A DNA stretch of 63,967 nucleotides, filler included, from Hausera hauseri (lineage: Eukaryota), in assembly GCA_046269625.1 (NCBI GenBank). It is 10 parts of 10 records of this genome, joined end to end, with 100 filler letters (N's around TTAATTAATTAA, not from the genome) between each part and the next. Parts side by side here need not be neighbours in the genome. Positions count along the whole stretch, not along the records: positions 18,816 to 28,434 come from JBJURY010328826.1; positions 28,535 to 34,154 come from JBJURY010219409.1; positions 34,255 to 39,572 come from JBJURY010281396.1; 7 more parts are not named here. One strand, 5' to 3'. Positions 25,650-39,100 of the stretch are shown in pieces (positions within the stretch are counted from its first letter, which is position 1; each line of letters begins with the position of its first letter). A program made the translations under genes and the position numbers. The notes under the pieces are model-generated. The model had not been told where the DNA came from, made no database searches, and saw only the letters and a program-made list of their open reading frames with translations.

Positions 25650-27393
25650 AAAGTTTGATCAAATTACATACAAATTATGAAAATCGCTTGCAAAGGCGGA
25701 TATGAATTCAAAGAATTCACGCTAAATAAATTTTATTTCAAAATTCACCATAATGTATTTTCCATATTTAAACAAAAAAAAATTTAACATCAAAAGTTGC
25801 ACATGCAGATCACCAATTGGGTGAATGGGGGCACCATACAAGGTACCATGATTGTAAGAAAAAGGTTTGTTCAAAGGTTTTTTTAATATCGGCTTTCGAG
25901 TAGCATTCACCCGTACGACAGCCGAAATGGTATCGGTGTGATTGAATCGCTCCTTATTGCAACCACTTGTTAAGCAACGTAGTTTACATTCGACGAGGAG
26001 ATTATAGTGCGAAAGGAAATCGGATCCTAAAATGGCTGTCTGGACGTTTGAAACGGTAAATGTCCAGTGAAACATTGAAGTAAATGTCGGAAGGGTAAAA
26101 GAAAGCATACAAGTACCGGAAACATGTAGCGGTTGTCCGGAAGCTGTGAATAGAGGTTTATAGTTGGATGAAATGTGTTGAGTTGGAAAAGTGAGCGGCA
26201 GTAAGGAAATCGCTGCACCTGAATCGACGAAGAAGTCTATGTGGGGGGATGTTGGTAACGTAGTTACTGCTTTTACTGTAAATACGGCGAAAGAAAGTTT
26301 TCGACTGATAGAAATTGAAGAATGGCCTTCGCCAGGACTCGCCGTAAGCTCTGGTGGCGGAATTAGTTTCTTGGAAGTGGTGAACTTGGACGGCTGTTAG
26401 AAGACGAGACAGTAGGTCCAACGTCCGTATGCTGTGCGCTCCTTTTAAAGGTACAACCAGGAATACACTTATGTGCCTCATTCTTAAATTTTGAGTGGTA
26501 GATGCACATAGGGTTGATAACTTGATACTTTTGGGTGTAAAAACGGCGCCCGAGATGACACTTTTGTGCTTTATGAGGAAACCTATCGTGGTAGAAACAG
26601 ATCAGCGATCGCGCAGGAGGAGGTGACCAACCTTCATTTAATCTATCATTAATATTGTTTATTGTATTATGTAGGGCTGCGTTTTCGGCTCGTAACTGTT
26701 GAATTTGATATTCTATAGTGTTGTCGTTTGCTGTAAACGCTGCAGAGATGATAGGCTGTGTGTTTAAATGTAAACTCTCGTACGTTTTGTCCGAAAGTTC
26801 GGCTAACTTATCTAGTGCCATCGATTCCTCGACGACGGTAAGCAGGGCTCTGATCTGGATCGGCAATTCGTTTAAAAAGTAACGTCGTAAGAGATCGGAA
26901 TTATTTTGTTTCGTAACGCTGAGTGTTTGCAGTTGAGCGAGACAGGTTCTGAGAAAATCTGATGGTTTTTGTGTACCCATAGCATTATCATTAAAGATTC
27001 GATGGACGATGGAATCCGTGAGTTTTAAAACTGCATTATAGAGATGGGTATACGGGTCGGATTGTTGAAATATGTCTAAAATATCGTGAAGGGAAGTTTT
27101 TGCTGTGTTTGGTAAGAGGCAAAGTAAACTATGAGCTTTGGCAGATGGATCAGTAATGTTGTTAGACTGTAGCTAGAGTTAGTGAAAGTTAAGCCAGGTT
27201 TTGCTGGACTTTTCGTGATCAATAAAGTATTCTGTGCATTGAGAAGAAGTGTGTTTTTAGCTGGCGGGATGAAAAATGTATGACTGGTGAAAGTAGATGG
27301 CGTGGTTACGGTCATTGATTTTTGGTGAAAAGTGAAAGGTGATGGTTTAGAGGTAGTTTTATCAGTAGTGTCAATGGTGGGTGAAAATTCCAT

Positions 27394-27618
27394 GCCACCA
27401 CAAATACGAATGTGTACGTGAATAACGACATAAATGGATGAAGGAGCAAAGGGTTGCAAAAATTGACATTAATTACAGGTAAGTTGTTGTAAGTGAGGTG
27501 AAAATCAGGAAAATTAGCAAAGTGTAGCACATAATTGTGCAAGTAATGTGTGTTTAAAAAACACGTTGTATCGAGTGTGAGAAAATGGCGATTATTTAGG
27601 AAGAATAAAAAGGAAAGG
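27394..27618 (-). CDS. Ubiquitin-like leader upstream of gag in copy B (one frameshift)
   Basis: SFLFFLNNRHFLTLDTTCFLNTHYLHNYVLHFANFPDFHLTYNNLPVINVNF / LQPFAPSSIYVVIHVHIRICGG|MEFSPTIDT. Confidence 0.65.
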
Positions 27619-27719
27619 GTCGGTGTTGGACCTAGTGGTTGACGTGGTGACGTAACGGACAGTGGCGTAGGACCTACTGACGTTGGACAGACGGTCGGAC
27701 AGTCGGTCACGTTGTAATG

Positions 27720-28400
27720 TACCCGAAACTCAACATATTTGTTGTGCGTACTGTGAAGAATCATTGCTAAAGAATCGGCATAATCTCTAATATTTAAATC
27801 ACTTTTATGGGTCTGAACAATGTTAAATCTTGTAAGAAATATATTTATTCTCATAAAGTGAGAAATTACCATAAGGCCTGCTGTCTTTATGTCATTTTCT
27901 CTTAAATCATGTGTGATGAGCTGTAATGTAGCAGCAAGGTAGTCAGCAATTTTTATACCGCCTTTGCATGTTGGTTTGCAACATGGCACACGCGACCTCA
28001 GTAATGAACGATTAGTCAGAAAACCTGCACAAAGTGAATGGACAGTATCGCTAAAAATCAAATGGTTGTCAATATTGAGGAACTATAAGCGTTGTGTGAC
28101 CTGTAGTGTTGGCCAACGCTAGAATTCCACTGCAAGGTATGAAGTTACACCGGGTGCTGAGACTAGTCAAACCGTTTCCTGGCTTTTCATTTTCAGTTCC
28201 ATCGTGTGAATTTATGGGCTACTTACAAATACCATCGGCGATATGGCCTAACCCGACGTTCCATAGAGAAATATGTTTGATATTTAACAACTCCAAATGG
28301 CGAATGACATTGAGCAAAGAGCCTAATCGGATACCTGTGGACCGAAACATACGAAGTGTCAAATATAAATCGCACAAATAAAGATTTCATATGAGAGCTG
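27720..28400 (-). pseudogene. PPP1R37: PPP1R37 (LRRC68)-like RI-type LRR fragment, intronless, with a stop and a frameshift
   Basis: LTNRSLLR...KPTCKGGIKIADYLA...DLRENDIKTAGLMVIS parallels PPP1R37 SNRSVLRL...KLTCEGAVAVAEFIA...DLRENEIKTGGLMALS as I recall it. Confidence 0.75.
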
Positions 28401-29879
28401 ATGAAAGTATTATTGGGTTATATGAACAAAAATCNNNNNNNNNNNNNNNNNNNNNNNNNNNNNNNNNNNNNNNNNNNNTTAATTAATTAANNNNNNNNNN
28501 NNNNNNNNNNNNNNNNNNNNNNNNNNNNNNNNNNCGTTTAAGTGACTGTTGAGCTGTTGATATTGTCGGTATTTGTTGGGCTGATACGAATTCCTTCACC
28601 ATATTTATCATTTCCCTATGATCTTGTAATATTGACTTTTTTGATTTGGTGAACATTGACAGATGATGCGGGTGTTGTCTCCGGAATTCTGGGAATCGGA
28701 CTTCAGATATAATTTCGCATTCAGGGCATATATAAAATTGAACCCCATCATATGTAATGCCGTAACATTTCTCCATTACAGCATTACATTTATCCGTAGC
28801 ATGCACTTTGTTTGTGCAGTAATTAAATTGACAATTCTAAAAGGAAATATGTAAATTAAGTATAAAAGTTAAAATGAAACATACAATTTTGTAAAGTAAA
28901 ATAATATTTCAAAAATAATAATAAATGTTAGATATTATGATAATTGAACAAACGAGATCAGGACGTTGTTTTGTTCGTTTTCCGACAAAAGGCAAACCAA
29001 ATTCACATAATATATCCTCGAGTAAATCTGTCGCAGGCAGAATTATTTCTTTGATTTTAAATTCGGTAGTTAAAATACCTGGTCAAACTCATCTAGACAA
29101 TAGAATGAACAGTCCGAAATTTCGGTTATTCTGCAAGCTGACACGCAACAAACTGGCTGAATACATAGAATCCTATGAATAATTATAACATGATCCCACA
29201 AAGAATTTTCAGATCCGCTCATATGTAAACATATTTAATGCCAAAAGGCCAGAAATTGAAATTGAAACGTAAACTCCTCAAAAAATGGCGAAATCAAATT
29301 CGAATTTAAATTGAAAAAAATGCTTATTTAAACAAGACCATATTTTTTACACTTTACAACGTTACAAGGAATGATATGTAAAAAGAGTTTGGCAAATTCG
29401 GCACATCGTAAAATGAATTGTTATTGAATCACATAATCAATTGATGTACAAAATTGGATGATGATATAGGATTTCGTTAGCAGACTTCTGTCGATCGGTA
29501 ATTTACAACTGATAATTGACAATCGAAAACCGTTGATGATTTTTGTCATTTCGCAAAATGATGATAGATTAACACCGGATGAATTGCGAATGTCCTTTTC
29601 AAAACATGAATACCGGCGACGTGTTTATTGCTGAATAGTGTTCGACGATTACTAATATTTATGAATAAATAGGCAATTAATACGGTGACCGTGTTTTCTT
29701 TTATGTCAATCATTTTGTCATTCAGATCTGATATGTTGTGAATAATTTGAACAACTCCAGTGTTTCCATAGTGTTTTGATAAGCAACGAACTGATGAAGC
29801 TGAATTTAGCCGTCAAACGCCATGAGATACTGATTCGCTATCTAAAATCTCAAACTTTTATCTAGTTTCCAGAAACGTA

Positions 29880-32800
29880 AACAGGCAGACATAAAAGTGA
29901 AATAAATGAATTTTTATCCTAAAAAATGTAAAACATTAAATTCTTAAGGCAAAGAGTCGGAAGATTGGGTCCGACTATGGATACGACGCGACGATAAGGG
30001 ACGCCCGGCTGTGCCCAACCAAATAGGCCAAAGGGCACCGGTTGCAGTGGCACCACATTATCCCCCACAACAAGGTTAAAACCATAAATAGTAAAAGATA
30101 CAGAAAGAAAAAATTGCCAAACGAAAAGTGTCTGTATCAGTTGGTCTTAGTGTGAACAAAACGTTGGGTGCCTTCTACTGATTTTTCCCTGCTATACATG
30201 CTAAATGTGACTCTACGTGGTTTGTCTGAAGGCGGTGTGCTTGCTTGCAGAGTTTAAAGTTGGGGAAAAATTGTCGGATTTTGGTGTAAATGTTGTGTCT
30301 TGCAAAGACGAGTCACAATGAAGAGAAGAAGAAGGTGAAGGGGGAAGAGAGATTGTTGGAGACGGATGGTTGGAGGTGTTCAAGAGAGTGTTAGAAGGCA
30401 ATGGACTGACAAAAGGTGTAGTGGCGGATGAAGGAGGAGAGGCAAAAATTGGAGTAGAAATTGGAATTGTGTTAGTCGAAACAGTAGAAGTAGAAAATGA
30501 AACAGAGGGAGTGGTAGAGATAGGAAGAGAGATACGAATAGAAGTAGAAGGTGTAGAAAATGATGAAGCAGAAATAGGAGCAGAAAAAGGAGGTGGGACA
30601 GGTGTAGCAATAGATATAGTAATAGCAGGAAGTGTAGGAGTGAAAAAAGAGGTTAACGTGTCGATTGGTGAAATGTCGTCGACAAAAAGGCGGGCTTTAA
30701 GTTGGTAATATGCACTGTAAGTTCTTTGCCGTCTTTGGAAATAATAGCATTTTGCGAATGCAGCTGTACCAGTTTATAGGGCTCATATACCGCGGCTGAA
30801 AACCGCAGGGAGTCTTATTTTTTAGCCATACGAAGTTTGTTGAATACAAGTCTTTGGGTAAATATGTTTTGTCTTTGTGGAGCAACCTGCAGAACGAAGC
30901 TTTGCTGACCGTGACGAAGTGATTTTGCGCCGCTCCTATCATTTCATCTGTATGAGTGTTGATTATGGCAGTTAGTTCGAATAGTTATCGTGCAGAAGCT
31001 CCAAATAAGGCATCAGTAGGTGAGAATCCCGTGGAATTGGACAGAGTGTTCCGCCAGCCGAGCAGAACAAACGAAAGAAGGTTCGTCCAACTAGTGTTGG
31101 ACTCTTCCAGAATTCTTCGTGACGTTTTCAATGTTCGGTGAAAACGTTCTAAAAAGCCATTCGATTGAGGGTGATAAGGCGTAGTATGTATGTGATGGAT
31201 TCCCAATTGGTTAACAAGGGATTTGAACAGGTTGGATTCAAACTGTGGACCCTAGTCTGTGATGATTAAGCAAGGTGATCCGAACCTGCTAATCCATGTG
31301 CGAATGAAAACGTCAGCTATGGTATCCGTGTTTGTGTTCCGCAGAGGAATGGCTTCAGGCCATCGCGAGGAACGATCCATCATGGTGAGAATGAATTGAT
31401 GACCATTGTCTGGAGGAAGAGGGCCGACGATGTCGATATTCACGGACTCGAAACGTGATGTGCAGGGAAAGTGGAACAGTGGTGGCTTTAAATGCTTAGT
31501 TGTTTTGTATTTTTGGCAAGCCACACACTCCGTAACCCATGCCTGCACATCAGAACGCATTGACGGCCAAATTACGTGTCGGTGGTGTAAACGAGAAGTG
31601 GTTTAGCACCAGGGTGGTGTAGCGAATGTACGCTGTTGAATGCTTGTTGTTGTAGAAGTGGTGCGAGAATTATTATGGAATAACCTGGTTTGGAAGTGTC
31701 TAAAGCCACGCCGTCAACAATTGTGCAAGACTTAAAAGAATTAAGCATGTCCTGAGATGGCTGGTTCTGTTGAAGTTGAGCTTGCTTAAAAATTGGTGAA
31801 AAATTAATCGAACTAACCGACCTAGGTAAAAAATCAGCAACTAAATTATTAACCCCATTAATATGTTTTATCTCGAAGTTAAATGTCGATAAGTATGATA
31901 TCTGTCGTTCTTGGCGTGTGGAAGGATGATTCATAGCCATGATATAGAAGTAAGGGTTTGTGATCGGTTTGCATAGTAAAATGGCGAGCGACAAGTAGGT
32001 GCTCGAAATGCTTTAAAGCAAGAATGATTGTTAATATCTCTAGATCAAACGTTGAATATCTGGTTTCAGGGGATATTAGCTTGCGAGAGAAAAATTCTAG
32101 AGATTGATTTTCTCCTTTGTAGATCTGGTGGAGTACAGCACCTGCCGCAGTGGTTGAAGCGTCTGTAGTAAGGATGAGTTCTGCATCAGGCTTGGGAAAA
32201 GCGAGAATGTTGACGGTCTTAATTCATTCGCGTAACTTATCAAATTTGTCTACCAACTCAAGTGTCCACTGGATTGGCTGATGTTTTTTGCCACCGCTTA
32301 AGTGTACAAATGGCTCTGTCAATTCGGAGCAATATTGTACATATTTGTGTACAAAGTGTAGTGTACCAAGGAAGCTGCACATTTTGGTGGTCGTACGTGG
32401 TAACTGGATATTTTTAAGTGATTCAACTCGGTTTGTTTGAGAAGAGTAGCCATCTGGTGAAATAACGTGGCCTAAAAAGTTGATGCGCTTTTAGAAGAAA
32501 TGGCATTTTTCGAAATTGATTTGGAGATTATGGTGGTGAAAGCGTTGGAATATTGCGCGAATGTGTTCCTCGCGTTGTTTTGCCGAAGACGAAACGATTA
32601 GAATATCATCCACGTAAGGGTGCGCAAACGGAAAATCTGAGAGAATCGAATCAATATGTTGCTGAAAGGTCTGTGCAGCAATTTGCAAACCGAAAGGCAC
32701 AAGCAGATACTCATAGAGGCCAAAAGGAGTACTGACAGCAGTTTTTTTCTATGTCTTCTGGTGCTACCGGTATTTGGTGGTATACTTTGGCCAAATCGAA

Positions 32801-33995
32801 AGTTGAATAAATGGTAGTTGAATTAAGGCGAAGCAGGATGTCCTTGATAAGCGGTAAGGGGTACACATCCATGACTGTCAAGTTGTTTAACTGCCGGTAG
32901 TCACCGCATTGTCTAAAAGTACCGTCCTTTTTTGTACGACGTGTAAAGTTGACGACCAAGGAGATTTGTAACGGCGTACAATTCCGGAGCGTTCCAGTTC
33001 AAGAAATTCGGATTCTACAGCCTGTCTACTATGAGGTGCAGTGGTCGTACCTTTTGGCGTATTGGTCGTTGATACTGTGTAATTATGTGATGTACAAACG
33101 ATCTTTTTTAAGTATGAGTAGGCATTATGTAGTAACAAATTGCTGTAAAGTTGTCGGCAACTATGGTAGATTCGGTGGTGATGGTGAAACAGGTTGAGTA
33201 GTAGCGGATGCGATTTGTGAATTTTTTTTTATATGCAGTCAAGTGGTATTTGGTGCAAGATGGCCGAATTGAAAATGGTGTTGGATGAAGTGATTTCGTC
33301 GAGTGAATGAACATTGGTGGCAGTACCACAATTATCGAAATTGAACCTCGATCAAATATCAATATTATTATTTAAATATTTACGAATTGAATTATTGTTA
33401 TGGAAATTCGAATTACCTATTGATTTTCCCAAAATTGACCTCCGTGTCTCAATCGACTGCACGGTAGTCGAAATGCTATTATCATGCTCAGTAATGCTGC
33501 TAGTGATGCCGCTCCTCAGACATCGTTGACTGCAGTCAACCAATAAATTATGTGATAGAAAATCGGACCCTAGAATTGCCGTCTGGACGTTAGCAACTGT
33601 GAACGTCCAGTGGAAAGGTGAGGGAAATTTTGGTAAAATGAAGGATAATTTAGACGTGCCAGAAATGTGGAGCGGTTGACCTGAAGAGGTGTATAATAGT
33701 TTAATTCTGAATGGTGAATTTTGTACAGGGAAAGATTCTGGTAATAAAGAAATCGCTGCACCTGTATCAATGAGAAAGTCAACGGATTGCATTGTAGGAG
33801 CTGTGATCTCAGCCTTTAGAGTAAAGACAGCAAAAGAAGTGTGTTGGCATTCAGAAAGTGAAGTAATGCCTTTGCCAGAATTTGCCGTGACTTTTGGCGG
33901 CAAATTTAGTTTTTTTTTGAAAAGGTAACTATGACGATTATTAGTAAAAAAGGTAGTACGTCCGTCGTTCGTGTCTGGTTTGAAAGTACAGCCTG
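29880..33995 (-). mobile_element. Gypsy LTR retrotransposon copy C, 5'-truncated within the gag knuckle; 3' LTR starts at 30057
   Basis: FLIDTGAAISLLP, PYVDDILI, FESVNIDIVGPLP and TTPYHPQSNGFLERFHRTLK. PPT gggggataa is followed by TGTGGTGCC. Confidence 0.95.
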
Positions 33996-34254
33996 GAATG
34001 CATTCACTGTGTTAGTAGATCGCGTCTCTACCATCCCGACTTCTACATCACTTGATGATTGAAAAGTTGAATTATCCATATTTATTATAAAAGTTGATAT
34101 AACAATTAACTCATTCACTCATTAAATGATTCTTCTTTTCATCCTTTTTTGAATNNNNNNNNNNNNNNNNNNNNNNNNNNNNNNNNNNNNNNNNNNNNTT
34201 AATTAATTAANNNNNNNNNNNNNNNNNNNNNNNNNNNNNNNNNNNNNNNNNNNN

Positions 34255-35915
34255 ATAGCACAAATCGTATTTCTTCGATATGAAAAGGCGGAATTCAGTG
34301 TAATGTCACCGGAATTATGGGGATTGTTTTGTGTCAATGAAGCAACACGAAATGAACGCAAAGAATTTGGTTTTGGTGATATGGACAAAAACACATGTTT
34401 ACTCATTATGATGATAATAATAATAATTGTTAATAACAATAAACAAAAAATGATTTTGTACATAAGTAATGCGAACAGGATTTATAGATATTGGGGCTTT
34501 CCAAGATAATGTCCGGTATATAATAAAGGAATTATGCATTACAAACGTCAGTAACATTTTCAAACAGATTGTGCATGTATTCAAGCCCGGTGTTGTATAG
34601 AATGACCTGACGGAAAAGGCGAAATTTACAAATGGACTTAATTTGTATGATAGCGATTCAATTTTCTGTGTGACGTGTATTAAGGGAGAGATTTGTGATC
34701 GTTTTGACATTGAAAATACAATATATTACATTAAAGATCAAATTTACGCACAAAAGTTTATATAACTCCATTCACAGTTTCTGGAGTTGCGAATGACGAC
34801 GTATTCAACATCGAACGGCTCTCTGGCAATAGTACTTGACAATATTAGATGTCCGTATCGTGATCATGTACCGCATTGTGCTTACAAAAAATGTGTACGG
34901 CTTTGTATTGACTATGTTCCATGCAAATAAATAAATGTATTTCTCTGTGTCCTTTTTTACTGTAAGTAAGGTCCGCAGTATTGATCAGTAGAATAATTCA
35001 AAACTATAAATACAGATAGTTAATAATAATAATAATCATGGAAATAGTTGATAAATTGAAACAATTGCAAAATTTTCATGGATTATAAATTTCAGACTTG
35101 GTACGATGGTGGAAAGTACATGATAGCAATATGGTTGCGAGAGCAACAAAGCATTTACTGTGAATGACTTTTAATACAGATGGCGTCACGGGTTTTATTG
35201 ACCGTTTGTCTATTGTTTACAATGACGGCAAACCGGTTGGTATATATTTGGTCCATTGTTTACAACAAAAATAAACCAATTTGAACAAATTTGGTATAAA
35301 TATGGATGTTTTTTCATTTCGCTTTGTCTCTAGAATGTCGTCACAAAACAACAGCATCTGGAGCATCAACAACAACAACACCGACAGTTCAATTGTGCCA
35401 GGTTGCAGTAAGTCCATTTCATTTTTACTTTTTATCCTTAATATGTATTTAGAAAGCAACTGTGAGTCCAAGTATGGCCCGTATTCTCTCAGACAGTCCA
35501 GAGTGTATAACGGGTACAATCTACATTTCCTGTGAACCCCCATTCCAGTGCAATTATCAACACCGATCAAAATGAAACATGTAAAATATGGCCTGTTGGC
35601 AAAGAAAATAGGTGACAGTGGCTTGGATGCATAGCAGGAAACGATGAAGAAAGTGGACAATGATTTGATGTTGTCCAATGATATTCGGGACACATCTTCG
35701 CTTTTCCTTAAAGGCAACATGGCGAAAATTGTGAATGCAAGTGAACAAACAGCAGTCTTGCCAACGGAATGGGTAAAAGGATACCTGAGAATGAAGCTGA
35801 AAGAATATAAGGAACTGTGTGGTATGAAATCGCCAATGTGGAAGTTGGAGAAGTTTACCCTAATGAATTGACTTTAGTTTTTTGGTGTTTTTAGTTTATG
35901 ATTTGTAATAAAATT
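34255..35915 (+). pseudogene. Decayed small ORFs convergent with PolB, possibly Polinton accessory genes; products unknown
   Basis: Compact reading frames with stops. AATAAA overlaps or follows the stops (~34926, ~35907). No recognisable motif. Confidence 0.3.
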
Positions 35916-36180
35916 TATTTGAGTTTTTGGTGTTTTTTTGTGTGTTGTGTTGTGAAAAGTATTTGAGTTTTGAGTAATATGAGATTTTTTTTTCGATAAC
36001 CCAACTTAAGTCCCATTTCCTTGTTATAAAACAGAAGACAAAAACTAGTGTACCAATACGTTATTGATCACATGTGCAGCATATGAATGTAAAACAAAAA
36101 TCACAAATGTCAATGATCTGGCTGGTCTGAATTGCATCTTTGTACTGACTGAAATGTTTTATTACTGAGTAATGAACGTG

Positions 36181-39100
36181 TTATCTCAAACGCCAATGTC
36201 CGTATGCCCAACTCTTATTTCGTCCCACTCACTTTCGCTTGTCATCGTTGAATGACAAAGCAACCTTTTTATTTGTTATAGTATACAGCTGGTGCTCAAT
36301 CGATCGTATGGTCGTTTGAGACACAACAGCCTTTCCTTCTCCGTCTTCTTATTCTTCTTGTCCATCATAGACACGGCGATAATCACCGTGATTTATTTCC
36401 ATCTGTTTCAGCTGGATGCCTTTTGCCCGCACTTTCGACCCACAGTTCGTCAGGAGACTGTAACACTTTGGGCGCAAAAATATCCATTCCCTGTATTGAA
36501 CCCGGCCTTCACTTTCGTCCTAGAAGCAGCCGATTTTGTTTGTTATCGCGCTGCTGTACAGTGGATGGTCTGATGGGTAGTTGGACGTGCCCAGTAGTCC
36601 ATCTGACATCATTTGTCGGAGCAGCTAGTCCCAATTAATGTTTTTCAGCTCAAGGAGAAAGCTGTCTGTGTCACCGGCAACGATACTGATCTAACAGCCG
36701 CCGCCGAACATTTGCCGGTAACGTGCCAAGTCGCGATACTGGAGCTCGTACATTCGCAACTTGCTCAGGTCCAATACCACTTGTCCGATGTAGCTTGGCT
36801 GATCCAGTACGACTTCTTCCCGGTTTAGAAGCACGGCGACCAATCCATCGGCAATGTGCATTGATCGCCTGAATTGAGCCTTGCTGGTGTATGTAACTAG
36901 TCGTTTTTCGTTATTGCACAGGCGCACATTGAGCCGCTTCCTCTGATTTTCCACTGTTTCCCCGTACAGTGAATTGTTTTTTAGCTTGTAATAGTCCTTT
37001 TCAAACTTTGTACAAGCTGCGGCTCGTTTCCCGGAATTTCCATCAATGTACGCCTTGAATATCGGCGCCTGATTGAAGCGGATTGAACGATGCAGCTGTG
37101 TGAGGCGTACACTGAGCTGCATGTAAAACTGCAACAGACGCCAATGAACCACGTGATTCGATTTTTGTTCATGTGTCATGAGCAGTTTCTTTACTTTTAA
37201 GCCGCCGGGTGGACATTCGCTAATTGGTGCAACCGGCAGTTCATCCAGAAAGTCATGAGGCTCATCCGGTACCAAGAGATCAACTTCCATTAGGTAGCCG
37301 ACTGAGCTGCTTTCTGTCGTGTTTGCTGATGCTGCTGACAGACTGTCCGGCAATGTATCAATTCTTGTTTGTCCTTTATCCATTCAAATGAACCGTACGG
37401 CAAGGGTTGCGAAAGCGTCCAGCCGTACAAGTTATTAATATCGATGTACAACATTAACGTTGTATCATCGTCATCACTGGTTACGTGATGCTTGTTGACA
37501 AATGTCATGCCGCCACAAATGCCAACGTCAAACAGTCGGTACAGTTCCGGGTCTTGCAGCAGCTCAATGTCCCGATCAAGTGACATTAGTGCCAATGCCC
37601 AACTCATTCCCGGTATTGAGTAAACGTTGAGCAGTTCCAACCTATCTTCCTCCAACGCTTTAGGCCGAAATGTCTGAAACACATCGGCTAATAGGTACAC
37701 ATCGAGCTTTAGATACTGAATCATGTAGTCCAACATGTTTCTACAACGGAGCTATGTCCAAGATTCCTGTGCTCTGTGGTATTCATCTTCTGTGATACCT
37801 GTCCATCGCGGCGGTAATTCTTCTGTTGTCCGGAGTCGCTCATATGACACGGCAAAGTCATACGGGAATATGCCTTTTCTGCTTGCAATGTGTGGGGAAC
37901 TGCATCAGTGTTAGCAGCACATCCGGCAAGGCATTTACGAGCTTTGCTACAGACTCATTGAGGAACTGCAATGAGTCAAGAAACCGTACCTGAAACTGAT
38001 TTATGCGTGCCAATAGGGACAGGTACTTCTCCATCGTTGTTGGGATTATGGATAGCTCCCAGTGCGGAAATCCGTTTATGGCCCATTTCAAAATATGGTG
38101 AGTCATAACCTCGAAAGTTATGAAATATCACTGGCAGGAATGGCCGCACCCGTCTTGCCAAATTGCATGCGTTGCATCTGCTCCCAATTATTGACCGGTA
38201 AAATGGTCGTGATCCGGTACGAGCCGTTCCGGTAATATTTTGTGGCACAGGTAACATTCATCGGTGGCTGCAAACGTCAGGCGTTCATCTTCATCTGTCC
38301 AAATCAGGGGTTTTGTGCTTTTATTGCGATACCATGTGAGATTTCCGTTTCTACTATCATTTCCAAACGCTGCAGGAAATCATGCACACAGGTCCAGCCG
38401 TGAAAGGCGTAATACATATTCCGGACTGTCTGTTTTTGACCAATCTGTGAACCTGAATTCCTTTTTGACGGGCATGACATACATTGTGGTTTCCGATGAA
38501 TATTGTCTGCACAGAGTCACGTTTCTCCCGTGATGTTGACGACCTGAATCCATGCAGACATACAGGACACCATTTACAATTTACACGCTTTTTGATGAAT
38601 TGATGGTGATCCATGTTAAGTAGTCTGTCCAAGTTGGTTACTGCCACGTAGTGAAATTTATCTGCTTGTTCCAGTAGCAACAAATTTACTACTCAGTGAC
38701 CATTTGAGTTCCGACTTTGATAGAGTATATCCATATGAGGGTTTTGTAAATTTCTTCATCCGCCGGTATTTTTAGAACTGTGTTGTACCGGAACACGTTG
38801 ATTGTCAGTGTCGGATTACGCCGTTCAAAAGCCTCAATAGATTTCAGTTTCATCGTCATCCCGCTTTCATCAAAATCCAATTCGGAAAAATATTTCTGAT
38901 ACTGTTTTGGACGAGATGCACTATGTCTGTCAACTTCGTCGTATTTCAATACCGCGAGAATACTGTAAAGAAAACAGTATTTATCGTTGGTATTTTTTAC
39001 ATTCAATACCGCCAGAGACTGCTTCAGAGCTGCAGGTGTCGGTATGAATGATCGTCCAGACAAATATTTCATATCACTCGACTTCGTTATGATAAAGCCG

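Larger units (their letters stand above)
22141..27710 (-). mobile_element. Gypsy LTR retrotransposon copy B, same family, decayed, carrying a host-gene insert
   Basis: Gag QKPSDFLR with paired CHCC knuckles. PR FFVDSGAAISLLP; RT KTAVTTPFGLYEY; IN HPGAKAT and VHVDLVG. PPT aggggatga at 22150-22142. Confidence 0.95.

Noticed and set aside
27312-28061. 249-aa ORF as a real PPP1R37-Gag fusion protein
   Set aside because: It is a read-through across the pseudogene/element junction. The upstream part is disabled and the frame shifts inside the Ubl.
28535-29800. Divergent ORFs 28806(-) and 28925(+), and similarly ORF 11652-12170(-)
   Set aside because: They look like decayed coding sequence, but I recognise no family.
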